Shown: piece by piece, positions 15,501 to 24,906 of the stretch
Layout of the letters: every line of letters begins with the position of its first letter
How positions within the stretch are numbered: position 1 is the stretch's first letter
DNA from: Candidatus Liptonbacteria bacterium
GTDB lineage: Bacteria > Patescibacteriota > Minisyncoccia > UBA6257 > 2-01-FULL-56-20
Assembly: GCA_016186635.1 (NCBI GenBank)
Contig: JACPLI010000021.1
Location: 1 to 59,639, forward strand
Length of the DNA: 59,639 nt
Direction: 5' to 3'
Position numbers and translations under genes: made by a program
Notes under the pieces: generated by a model
Databases searched by the model: none
What the model saw: the letters and a program-made list of their open reading frames with translations, nothing else
Told to the model about the DNA's origin: nothing

Positions 15501-17021
15501 ATGACAGAAGGCACGAAGAAGAGATGGGCGCGGTTTGTGGTGTCCGCGCTTGGTTCGTTTTGGTTTGTGTTTGCAGTGTTCGGAACGTCGGTCGCGTTCG
15601 CGGCACTCACGTTCAGCAACGCGTTAATCTCCGGCGACTCCTCGTCGCGGGTTGATTCGCTGAGTACGCTGAGTGTAGGAACCGCCTCGGCGACCGCGGT
15701 GATTATCGGGTCGAGCACGATACAAGGGAACTCCACCTTGGCGGGGCCGGCAGTATTTCAGAATACAATTACCCAATCGGGCGGGGTAGTGGCGCTCGCC
15801 TCAACGACGATTACCGGCAGCGCGACTACGACAGGGATTGCGGTGTTCCAGAGCACGTTCACGCAATCGGGCGGTCTGGTCTCGCTCGCCTCGACCACCA
15901 TCCACGGCATTGCCTCGACGACGGAGCTCCGTACGCCGAGTTCGACGATTACAACCGGGACGGTTACGAATGCGTCCTCGACGCGGCTTGATGTGTCTGG
16001 TGCCTCAACGTTCGCTTCTACCTTTACCCAATCGGGCGGGGTTGTATCGCTCGCCTCGACCACGATTACCGGCAGCGCGACCACGACAGGGATTGCGGTG
16101 TTCCAGAGCACGCTCACGCAATCGGGCGGTCTCGTGTCTTTGGCTTCGACCACCATCAACGGCATTGCCTCGACGACGGAGCTCCGTACGCCGAGTTCGA
16201 CGATTACGCGCGGGGCCATCACCAACGTGTCGTCAACGCGTCTTGACGTGTCGGGGAGTTCAACGATTGTTGACCTCACCGTGTCCGGCATTTTCTCTCC
16301 GGCGATTACTTCTCTTACGGGCGGACTCGTGGTGTCGGGCGGGGTGGTGAATCTTGCTTCTACGACCGCCACGGGGACGCTCAACGTGACCGGTGCGGTG
16401 AATGCGTCTTCGACGCTCACGGTGCAAGATGCAACCGCACTGCGGGGCGCGCTCACGCAGACGGGCGGGGTAGTGGCGCTCGCCTCGACGACGATTACCG
16501 GCAGCGCGACCACGACAGGAATTGCGGTCTTCCAGAGCACGTTCACGCAATCCGGCGGTGTGGTATCGCTCGCCTCGACCACCATAACAGGCAGCGCGAC
16601 CACGACGGGGATTGCGGTGTTCCAGAGCACGCTCACCCAATCGGGCGGGATAGTGGCACTCGCCTCGACCACGATTACGGGTCATGCGACGACAACCTCG
16701 CTCACCATCGGGGTTGCGCCGACCATTCTTTCCGGCTATGCGTGCAACACCATGACGTGGGACCCGCCAAGCTTGGCGACGAGCGGCGCGGCGTATACAG
16801 CAGGGACGGCAGATGTTTCGTCAACGAACCTCACCGTGGGAGGAGCGGCTGCGGGCGACTTGTGCTTGGCGTCGCTTACGACGATAACCGCAACTACTAC
16901 GATGCTTCTAACGTGTGACGTGACCTCTGCGAGCACGACAAGCGTGTCGCTTAAGAACATCCACCCGACGAGTACGATTGACCTTGGCTCGGGTACGCTC
17001 AAGGCCTGCTTCATCAAATAG
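15501..17021 (+). CDS. secreted repeat protein (Thr/Ser/Gly-rich ~30-aa repeats)
   Basis: Signal-like N-terminus (FVVSALGSFWFVFAVFGTSVAFA). The unit QSGGVVSLASTTITGSATTTGIAVFQSTxT occurs at least 7 times. Confidence 0.7.
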   Translation: MTEGTKKRWARFVVSALGSFWFVFAVFGTSVAFAALTFSNALISGDSSSRVDSLSTLSVGTASATAVIIGSSTIQGNSTLAGPAVFQNTITQSGGVVALASTTITGSATTTGIAVFQSTFTQSGGLVSLASTTIHGIASTTELRTPSSTITTGTVTNASSTRLDVSGASTFASTFTQSGGVVSLASTTITGSATTTGIAVFQSTLTQSGGLVSLASTTINGIASTTELRTPSSTITRGAITNVSSTRLDVSGSSTIVDLTVSGIFSPAITSLTGGLVVSGGVVNLASTTATGTLNVTGAVNASSTLTVQDATALRGALTQTGGVVALASTTITGSATTTGIAVFQSTFTQSGGVVSLASTTITGSATTTGIAVFQSTLTQSGGIVALASTTITGHATTTSLTIGVAPTILSGYACNTMTWDPPSLATSGAAYTAGTADVSSTNLTVGGAAAGDLCLASLTTITATTTMLLTCDVTSASTTSVSLKNIHPTSTIDLGSGTLKACFIK

Positions 17022-17110
17022 TAAACCCGTCGCCTATCCTTCCCGCGTTCTGCTTTCATGGGTATAACAGGGGACGCGGGGAAGGGTAATAAATTACCAC
17101 ACCAACTAAC

Positions 17111-18139
17111 GTGAAATCATTTCTTGTGCGTAGGTGTCTGCACGTGGCGGTGGTGGGGGCGGGCGCGTTCCTTCTTGGAACGGTGCATGCGCAGGCAGCT
17201 CCTTTGACGTACAGCGTCGCGGCGCCCATTTCGCTTTCTTCTCCCACCACCACGCTCACCGTCGTGACGAGTTCGGTCGCCGATGCGGTGACGGTGGATG
17301 GTTCGTCGGTCGTCGTTACCATGCAGTCCGCAACGGGCGGCTCCTTTAGCATTACGTCTCCGGACTATGATTTGAACATTGCCGAGCAGGGTTCCGGCGG
17401 TACGGTGACGAAGAGTTGTACGAGCGGAGTTGCGTCAACGACGATTGTCCAGAGCGCGGGCGGTTCCATCTTTACCATTTCCCCCACTGCGTCGCAGTGC
17501 ACCACGGGAAGTTCTGCGAATGTGGGCTCGGGCGGCGCCGTCACTGTCGGCGGCGGCGGCGGCGGCGGAGGCGGCGGCGGAGGTGGTGGTGGCTCATACA
17601 CGCCTCCCGTAACGCCCACCACGCCGACGACCCCCACTACACCAACTACACCAACACCAGCCACGCCAAAAGCCCCTGCGGTTACTCCTCCCGCCTCGCA
17701 GGCGCAGGCAAGCGCGGCGATTCAGGCGGTCCGCATCCAGCTCTTAAACACGCTCATCGCCCAGCTTAAGGCGCTTATTGTGAAAGCCCAGCAACAGGGC
17801 GTAACTCTGCCGCCGGGAGCCCTTGCGATGCTGAATGCGGGGCCGGCAAGCTCTGCCGCTCCCGTCGTGGCGGGCGCGTCAGGCGGAGTGCCGCCGTCGG
17901 GAAGGTATTCTAAGCCGCTTGATGTGGGTTCTCAGGGAGGTGACGTGAGTGCGCTCCAGCGGCTCTTGACTTCGCAGGGCGTCTACCAAGGGCCGGTCAC
18001 CGGATACTTTGGTCCGCTCACGCGCGCCGCGGTGGGCAAGTTTCAGGAGAAGAACGGCGTGGCGAAGCCCGGCGACGCGGGGTACGGGAGTGTGGGACCG
18101 AAAACGCGCGCGAAGCTGAACGCAGTGCTGGGATTGTAG
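17111..18139 (+). CDS. secreted protein with a poly-Gly/TP linker and a C-terminal peptidoglycan-binding domain
   Basis: Signal peptide, G18 run, (TPT)n, and a C-terminal GGDVSALQRLL..YQGPVTGYFGPLTRAAVGKFQ PG_binding_1-like motif. Confidence 0.7.
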   Translation: MKSFLVRRCLHVAVVGAGAFLLGTVHAQAAPLTYSVAAPISLSSPTTTLTVVTSSVADAVTVDGSSVVVTMQSATGGSFSITSPDYDLNIAEQGSGGTVTKSCTSGVASTTIVQSAGGSIFTISPTASQCTTGSSANVGSGGAVTVGGGGGGGGGGGGGGGSYTPPVTPTTPTTPTTPTTPTPATPKAPAVTPPASQAQASAAIQAVRIQLLNTLIAQLKALIVKAQQQGVTLPPGALAMLNAGPASSAAPVVAGASGGVPPSGRYSKPLDVGSQGGDVSALQRLLTSQGVYQGPVTGYFGPLTRAAVGKFQEKNGVAKPGDAGYGSVGPKTRAKLNAVLGL

Positions 18140-18333
18140 CGAAGCAGTTTCTCCTTTTCACTTGTGAGGAGGGAGACTCCCGCCCCGCCTGTCCATGGAC
18201 AGGCGGGGCTTCTGCGTTTGTACGCGTCTTCGCGCGCACTACGACATTGGTCGGAGCATATGTTTCGCGCAAGGTGTCCGCGCTTGTCCGCGTCTTGCCG
18301 CAGGCAAGAGAAAGGGCGTACAATACGGGAACT

Positions 18334-20106
18334 ATGGCGGGGAGCCCCACACCAGTTGCCTTAATCAAGGAAAAGCTCGATATTGTGGAGTTCCTGCGGG
18401 GGCATCTTACGCTTCATCCCGCGGGCAAGAACTTCAAGGCGCTTTGCCCGTTTCACAAGGAAAAGACGCCCTCGTTCATGGTGTCGCCCGACCGGCAGTC
18501 ATGGCACTGCTTCGGGTGCGCGTTGGGCGGTGATGTATTCAGTTTCGTGATGCAATACGAGAATATTGAGTTTGGCGAGGCGCTCCGCGTCCTCGCCGAG
18601 AAGGCGGGCGTGGAGCTCCGGCGCCTAAACCCTTCCGAGTACAAGCTCACGGGCGCGCTCTATGACCTCAATGCGAAAGCGAGAGACTTTTTCCGCGAGC
18701 AGCTGAAGGCGTTCGCTTCTGCACAGCAGTATCTCTCCAGCCGACGCCTTCACCGGGAGACCATTGATGAATTTGAACTGGGTTTTGCTCCTCCGGGTCC
18801 CGAGGCCTTGACGCTCCATCTGCTCCACAGTGGCTCGAGCCCCGATGAGATTATCCAGGCGGGGCTTGCGCTTCGCACGGAGCGGGGGCTTGTCATCGAC
18901 CGCTTCCGCGGGCGAGTCATGTTTCCTATCTATAATCATTTCGGGAAGGTGGCGGGGTTTACGGGTCGAGTGTTACCACACGAAGATCCCGAGCGGAGCG
19001 AGGGAACGGGGGCGAACCCTTCGACGAGCTCAGGGTTGGCTATCGCCAAATACATCAACACCCCCGAGACGCCGGTGTTCCAGAAATCAAAAATTCTCTA
19101 TGGATTTTCAAAAACGAAGAACGCCATCCGCGACGCGAAGTGCGCGTTCCTTGTGGAGGGGCAGATGGATTGCGTGATGAGCGTGCAGGCGGGCATCCCG
19201 AACGCCGTGGCGGCGTCCGGCACCGCCCTTACCGTGGACCACTTGAAAACACTCCGGCGCGTGGCGGAGACGCTTGTCTTCTCCTTCGACAACGATGAGG
19301 CGGGCTGGGCGGCGGGGGAGCGGGCGATTGACTTGGCGCACGCGGAGGACTTCGAGGTGAAGGTGGTGACGTTCAAGGACGTGAAGGACCCGGGCGAGGC
19401 GGCGGCGGAAAACCCCGAGGGGTTGCGGAAGGCGGTGGCGGAGGCGAAGCCCGCGGCGCTTTTCTACTTCGAGAAGTATTTAACGGACACGGCAGATTTT
19501 GGAAGCCGCGAGGGGCTCTCGCGCCTGCGCGCGGTGCTCCGGAAAGTTCAGGGGATTCAAAGCGCGGTGACGCGGGATTTTTGGTTCAAGGAGCTGTCGC
19601 GCCGAACCGCGGTTGGCGAAAACGTCTTGCGTGAGGAGGCGGAAAAGATTGGCGACCGTGCCAGTCCCCTTACCCCAGCTCCCGCGGCGAACTTGCCTGC
19701 CGGAGTTTCAGCGGAGGCGGGGGTGGGGCGCGGCGCGCGCACCCGCCTTGACCTCTTAAGCGAGCGTATGCTGGCATACGCGGCGGCGCGCGGGGACTTC
19801 AGCGCCGCGGCAACATGCGTGGAGTACTTTCCTCCGCTCTACCTGCGGGGGTTTGAGCTGCTGCGCGAGGGGAAAAAGGCGAGCGGCGACCCCGAGCTTG
19901 ACGCGGTACTTCACGCCGTCTTTCTCCGCGAGGAGCTGGTGAAGGAAGAAGCGTGGGAACTCTTGCGGGAGGAGCTCACAAAAGAGTACTTCCGGAAACG
20001 GCGGGAAGCATTGACCCGCGCGGTGCGGCTCGCGGAGTCCCGCGGGGACGAAGCAGGAGTGCGCTCCGCACTTGATGAACTGCGAAAGATTCCGCATAAT
20101 GCGTAA
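18334..20106 (+). CDS. dnaG: DNA primase
   Basis: Zn-ribbon CPFHKEKTPSFMVSPDRQSWHCFGC and TOPRIM (FLVEGQMDC..DND). Confidence 0.9.
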   Translation: MAGSPTPVALIKEKLDIVEFLRGHLTLHPAGKNFKALCPFHKEKTPSFMVSPDRQSWHCFGCALGGDVFSFVMQYENIEFGEALRVLAEKAGVELRRLNPSEYKLTGALYDLNAKARDFFREQLKAFASAQQYLSSRRLHRETIDEFELGFAPPGPEALTLHLLHSGSSPDEIIQAGLALRTERGLVIDRFRGRVMFPIYNHFGKVAGFTGRVLPHEDPERSEGTGANPSTSSGLAIAKYINTPETPVFQKSKILYGFSKTKNAIRDAKCAFLVEGQMDCVMSVQAGIPNAVAASGTALTVDHLKTLRRVAETLVFSFDNDEAGWAAGERAIDLAHAEDFEVKVVTFKDVKDPGEAAAENPEGLRKAVAEAKPAALFYFEKYLTDTADFGSREGLSRLRAVLRKVQGIQSAVTRDFWFKELSRRTAVGENVLREEAEKIGDRASPLTPAPAANLPAGVSAEAGVGRGARTRLDLLSERMLAYAAARGDFSAAATCVEYFPPLYLRGFELLREGKKASGDPELDAVLHAVFLREELVKEEAWELLREELTKEYFRKRREALTRAVRLAESRGDEAGVRSALDELRKIPHNA

Positions 20107-20109
20107 ATC

Positions 20110-20186
20110 GCCGCGGGTTCTCTTAGTGTATGCGTCGGAATTCGTATATTCGTAGCAATTCGTAAATTCGTGCGATACCTAATAGG
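20110..20186. repeat. spacer element, right-arm half of the ttcgta family
   Basis: attcgtatattcgtagcaattcgtaaattcgtgcgata ends 9 nt before the rpoD ATG. Confidence 0.7.
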
Positions 20187-21387
<1,201 letters not shown>

Positions 21388-21395
<8 letters not shown>

Positions 21396-21606
21396 GCACC
21401 TGCCAGCAACCCTCTCTTTTTCTAGAATTGAGAATCTTAAGAAATTCGTTGCACCGCATTTTTACTATATCTTCGCATTCTTTTCGGGGAGTTTTATCTA
21501 TTTTAGGGTGAGGAAAAAAATAATCACCGCCCGAACCATAAAAATAACTGCCGAAGGCGCTCCTGATTTCTTTTGAGCTATAGAATTTTTTGCGGTTGAT
21601 TATCAT
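21388..21606 (-). CDS. small hypothetical protein (72 aa) in the low-GC island
   Basis: Its ATG overlaps the HNH stop codon as ATGA (21603-21606). AT-rich. Its 3' end overlaps the rpoD stop by 8 nt. Confidence 0.4.
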
Positions 21607-22091
21607 TTTTCCCAAGTGATATGTCCGTTTATATCGTACTTTTCGTAAGTTTCCAAAACATCAGCGCAAAACTTCATCAGCTCATCGTTCTTTTCACTCT
21701 TGGCTAATTCGTAGAGACGAATAAACATTTTCTTTCCTGTTTCGGTTTGGTTGAGCATTTTCTTTTGATAATTGTGCTGACCACATAAAACTTGCCCATT
21801 TTCTATCGTGGCTTCGCCACCTCTATCTTTCGGCTTAATATGATCAACGTGCAATTCCACGCCGTCTTTAATCCCTCTACCACACACAACGCATTTATAT
21901 CCGTCTCTTTCCAAAATTGCTTTCTTTTGTGCGGCAGTAAAATCGTAAAGTTCGCGTTTATGCACTGTTTCAGGATCATATCTATAAACTCCTTTTGCGA
22001 CTTTTATTAAAAATCCGCTTTGTGCTAAATGACGAATAGCGCGGTCAGGGTCACGAAAAACACCTCCTGTTCGTTTTTTATACGCTGACAC
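21603..22091 (-). CDS. HNH endonuclease with an N-terminal wHTH-like region
   Basis: CVVCGRG...LHVDHIKPKDRGGEATIENGQVLCGQHNYQKK. The listed start is GTG. The frame stays open upstream to a single TGA at 22149-22151. Confidence 0.8.
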   Translation of the reverse strand: MSAYKKRTGGVFRDPDRAIRHLAQSGFLIKVAKGVYRYDPETVHKRELYDFTAAQKKAILERDGYKCVVCGRGIKDGVELHVDHIKPKDRGGEATIENGQVLCGQHNYQKKMLNQTETGKKMFIRLYELAKSEKNDELMKFCADVLETYEKYDINGHITWEK

Positions 22092-22148
22092 TACCCAATC
22101 AACAACTTCGGGATGTTTAATATCTCGGTTTGGATTTTTCTTAAAGAA

Positions 22149-22352
22149 TCATAGGTACAATTTCTTCAGTGCAAAGTAATTTTTTCTCAAAAAACTCGAC
22201 TTGTATGCAGAAGTTGCTCGTTCAATTTTACTCAATAAAATCTGCAAAGCAAACAGTAACTCTCTTCTAAGCAAATTTGTCTTGCTTGGTTTCTCTCGAT
22301 GGGTTTCGGCAATTATGAAATCCCATTCTTGATCAAGATTGATGGTGTTCAT
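22149..22352 (-). CDS. small ORF (67 aa) in frame with the HNH gene across one TGA
   Basis: ATG at 22350-22352, 4 nt after the stop of the upstream gene. Ends in TGA, followed in the same frame by FFKKNPNRDIKHPEVVDWV-VSAYKK. Confidence 0.45.
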   Translation of the reverse strand: MNTINLDQEWDFIIAETHREKPSKTNLLRRELLFALQILLSKIERATSAYKSSFLRKNYFALKKLYL

Positions 22353-22356
22353 ATTT

Positions 22357-23424
22357 TTATTTTTTGTTAGTTGATAAGCTTTCAATCATCTCGATGCTCT
22401 TGTGCAGTTGGAGCATCAAAATAAATCTAAATCCAGCGGGCGTTATTACGACCTGTTGCCCGACCTTACCAAGCAGTTCCAGATCAATCGCAAAATTAAG
22501 AAATGTGTAAGTGGCCGTACTTAAAGATTTTTTCGCCTGCCACTCATTTACTTTTCCCGACACTCTTTTGAACATATCTCGCAAATCCGATAATTCAAGC
22601 GGGTACGAATTTCGCGACAACAAAAATGCGCTTTCAACGATAGAATACACGCCGAATACCGTTGAAGAATAAAATGGGTCGCTGGCTACGAATTGTTTGA
22701 GTATTTCGATCTGCTTTTCGCTCAACTTATCTACGAGGACATCGCTGTTGCACCATTGAACATATTGGTCGCCAATATCGGTGAGAAAATAATGTTTATC
22801 TCGCTCGCGGGCTAAACCGAACTCTTGAGCAACTTTCAAATGATTGTGGATACTCTGTTTAGATAAGTTGGTTTGAATAGCAATTTTTTCTTGATTGGTT
22901 TCACCAGTCCCAAGACGAATTAACGCCCTATTGATAAGTCCCAAATTGAAAACACCGTAATCATTAGGTTTAATTTTCAAGAATGGCGCAACGGCTGAAA
23001 GGTTGTTAAAGTAATCTTTAAGGGTATCCAGTGGGTCATAGACAATCAATTCAACATCACTTTGCTTTGCTAGTTCAAAATCTTTGCCTTTTGCTTCTGT
23101 CACCAACAAAAAAGAAAGTATGTCGCCAGCAACCAATTCGCTAGCATTTTGTAAATTCACAAGTTCATCTCGGTAAGAAAGTATCTGTTTCAGCCAATCT
23201 TCGGAAAAGCCTACTACTTTTAGCTCGACAAGGCACAAGTTTTTACCGCTCGACAAAAGCAAATCAATCCGCTCCTCGCCCGATTTCAACCTTAATTGCC
23301 GCGCGATCAGCTTAATATCAGGCGGAAGTTTCAATGTTTTTGAAAGAAAAACCAAATTGGCGACAAGCGCGTCCTCAATTTGGCTTTCGCTTATATTTTT
23401 CTCTTTTTTGCCTTGCGTAGCCAT
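22357..23424 (-). CDS. NucS-like PD-(D/E)xK nuclease domain plus wHTH protein (355 aa)
   Basis: ESQIEDALVANL..RQLRLKSGEERIDLLLSSGKNLCLVELKVVG..QILSYRDEL fits the D...E-x-K pattern. A central HTH (NQEKIAIQTNLSKQSIHNHLKVAQEFGL) follows. Confidence 0.6.
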   Translation of the reverse strand: MATQGKKEKNISESQIEDALVANLVFLSKTLKLPPDIKLIARQLRLKSGEERIDLLLSSGKNLCLVELKVVGFSEDWLKQILSYRDELVNLQNASELVAGDILSFLLVTEAKGKDFELAKQSDVELIVYDPLDTLKDYFNNLSAVAPFLKIKPNDYGVFNLGLINRALIRLGTGETNQEKIAIQTNLSKQSIHNHLKVAQEFGLARERDKHYFLTDIGDQYVQWCNSDVLVDKLSEKQIEILKQFVASDPFYSSTVFGVYSIVESAFLLSRNSYPLELSDLRDMFKRVSGKVNEWQAKKSLSTATYTFLNFAIDLELLGKVGQQVVITPAGFRFILMLQLHKSIEMIESLSTNKK

Positions 23425-24047
23425 AATGGATATATTTTAGCATTATTTATGCCAATATCTCGAATAATATCAAGCACTATTCCTTGAATAGAAACATCTC
23501 TTCCATTTCGGAAAATAAGCGGCTCCATATTCTTATTTGCCGGTTGTAGCCGAATATACCCACGCTCTTTATAAAATTTCTTTAACGTTGCTTCGTGATT
23601 ATCAATAAGGGCTACCACTTTCTGCCCGTTTTCGGCGGTATCCTGTTGCTGGACTAACACGATATCGCCGTCGTTGATGTTCTCGTCAACCATGCTGTCC
23701 CCGACGACGCGGAGCGCATAGACCTCTGACGAAGAAGGAATTTTGCTTTTCGGAACCGCAATCGTTTCCTTTTCTTGAATCGCCTCAATCGGTTGCCCTG
23801 CGGCGATGCGCCCGAGCAGGGGAACGCGGACGAGTTCCATCTCCGGGTCCGTAACCGTAACTGCGCGGGCGCGTCTCGGGGCTTTCTGAAGATAGCCCTT
23901 TCCGCGCAATGTTTCCAAATGTTCATGGGCGGTGGAGGCCGAGATGCGAAAGTGTTTCGCAATCTCGCGCTCCGATGGCGCAACGTCGTTTTTTTCGATG
24001 GTTTTCTTCACAAAATCGCTTATTTGTTTTTGGCGCGGGGTAAGCAT
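23391..24047 (-). CDS. lexA: LexA repressor
   Basis: wHTH N-terminus, AAG|Q cleavage site, GDSM and TLKKF catalytic Ser/Lys motifs. The C-terminus is ~25 aa longer than expected and AT-rich. Confidence 0.9.
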   Translation of the reverse strand: MLTPRQKQISDFVKKTIEKNDVAPSEREIAKHFRISASTAHEHLETLRGKGYLQKAPRRARAVTVTDPEMELVRVPLLGRIAAGQPIEAIQEKETIAVPKSKIPSSSEVYALRVVGDSMVDENINDGDIVLVQQQDTAENGQKVVALIDNHEATLKKFYKERGYIRLQPANKNMEPLIFRNGRDVSIQGIVLDIIRDIGINNAKIYPLWLRKAKKRKI

Positions 24048-24088
24048 ACATATAGTATAGCATGACGACCCGAGCAAAAACCGAGCAG

Positions 24089-24097
24089 TTATCCACA
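24089..24097 (+). promoter_or_regulatory. TTATCCACA nonamer in the lexA / membrane-protein divergent region
   Basis: Context ccgagcagTTATCCACAg resembles the 15296 and 15427 copies. Confidence 0.35.
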
Positions 24098-24142
24098 GCT
24101 TTGCATCTGGCAGACGTTGATATAACATATAAACAAACTTTA

Positions 24143-24682
24143 ATGGAACCGATTGCATGGTTTCTCAAGCTTATCCATCGGGGATTCTTTTCTTCTGAAC
24201 TCAAAGAGGAAGAAAAAGCGTTTATACAAGACAACATCCGGAAACATCGGATTGTGCTTTGGATAAACGTCGTGGCCGCCATTTTCATCTACGAAAGTCT
24301 TCGCCGCACGCCGCTTGAGTCGGTGGGGACGGTGATCGCCTCGCTCATCGCTCCGGTCATGGTATTGGGCACTGCATGGTTCGCCATCAGCTTCGGGGGC
24401 GTGCCACAGCGGCTCATCAACATCGCGATGAGCGTGAGTTTTTGGATGTTCACCGCGTTCGTCACCTCGCTCTCCGCGATGTTTATCGCAGTGGCCTTTG
24501 TCACTTCGCCCTACCTCTGGCCGGTGCTTGTTCTTATCTATCTCGGTGCGCTCATCAGTTGTATCCAGTATGATACCGCAGACGGACTCAAAGCGGGACT
24601 CGACGAAGCGGTCTTGCGCCATTCGCGCGCCGCGCTTTCGTACTATCACAGGCAGGGGATTAAGGAGGAGGAGGAGGAGTGA
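24143..24682 (+). CDS. multi-pass membrane protein, hypothetical
   Basis: Four to five hydrophobic segments. Start chosen at the MEPIAWF Met (the ORF opens at 24062). Confidence 0.5.
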   Translation: MEPIAWFLKLIHRGFFSSELKEEEKAFIQDNIRKHRIVLWINVVAAIFIYESLRRTPLESVGTVIASLIAPVMVLGTAWFAISFGGVPQRLINIAMSVSFWMFTAFVTSLSAMFIAVAFVTSPYLWPVLVLIYLGALISCIQYDTADGLKAGLDEAVLRHSRAALSYYHRQGIKEEEEE

Positions 24683-24737
24683 CAACCTCCCCGGACGGCA
24701 TCGGCGCCGCTTTCACGAGTGGCGCCTTTGATTTTGG

Positions 24738-24778
24738 CAACATTCCAACATTCTATAGAATGTTGGAATGTTGTTTTG
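24738..24778 (+). terminator. 36-nt perfect palindrome plus T-run
   Basis: caacattccaacattcta|tagaatgttggaatgttg followed by ttttg. Confidence 0.6.
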
Positions 24779-24906
24779 CGACAACCCTTTACTTTTACAA
24801 GAGTATGAGAACAGTCGCTTTTTATTTTAGATTTTGCGTGGTAATTTGTGTATGAGTTATTCATTCGCATTATTTGCTTAAATTTGCATTATTCGCGATT
24901 ACTCCT

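Noticed and set aside
15772-16700. Possible CRISPR array, because of regularly spaced direct repeats (also considered for 42612-42653 and the heptamer arrays)
   Set aside because: The repeats are contiguous or coding with no unique spacers of constant length, and no cas genes are nearby. They are protein-coding tandem repeats or microsatellites.
17550-17592. The (ggc/gga)n poly-Gly tract as a frameshifting contingency locus
   Set aside because: It is a triplet repeat, so slippage keeps the frame. Only length variation of a linker is expected.
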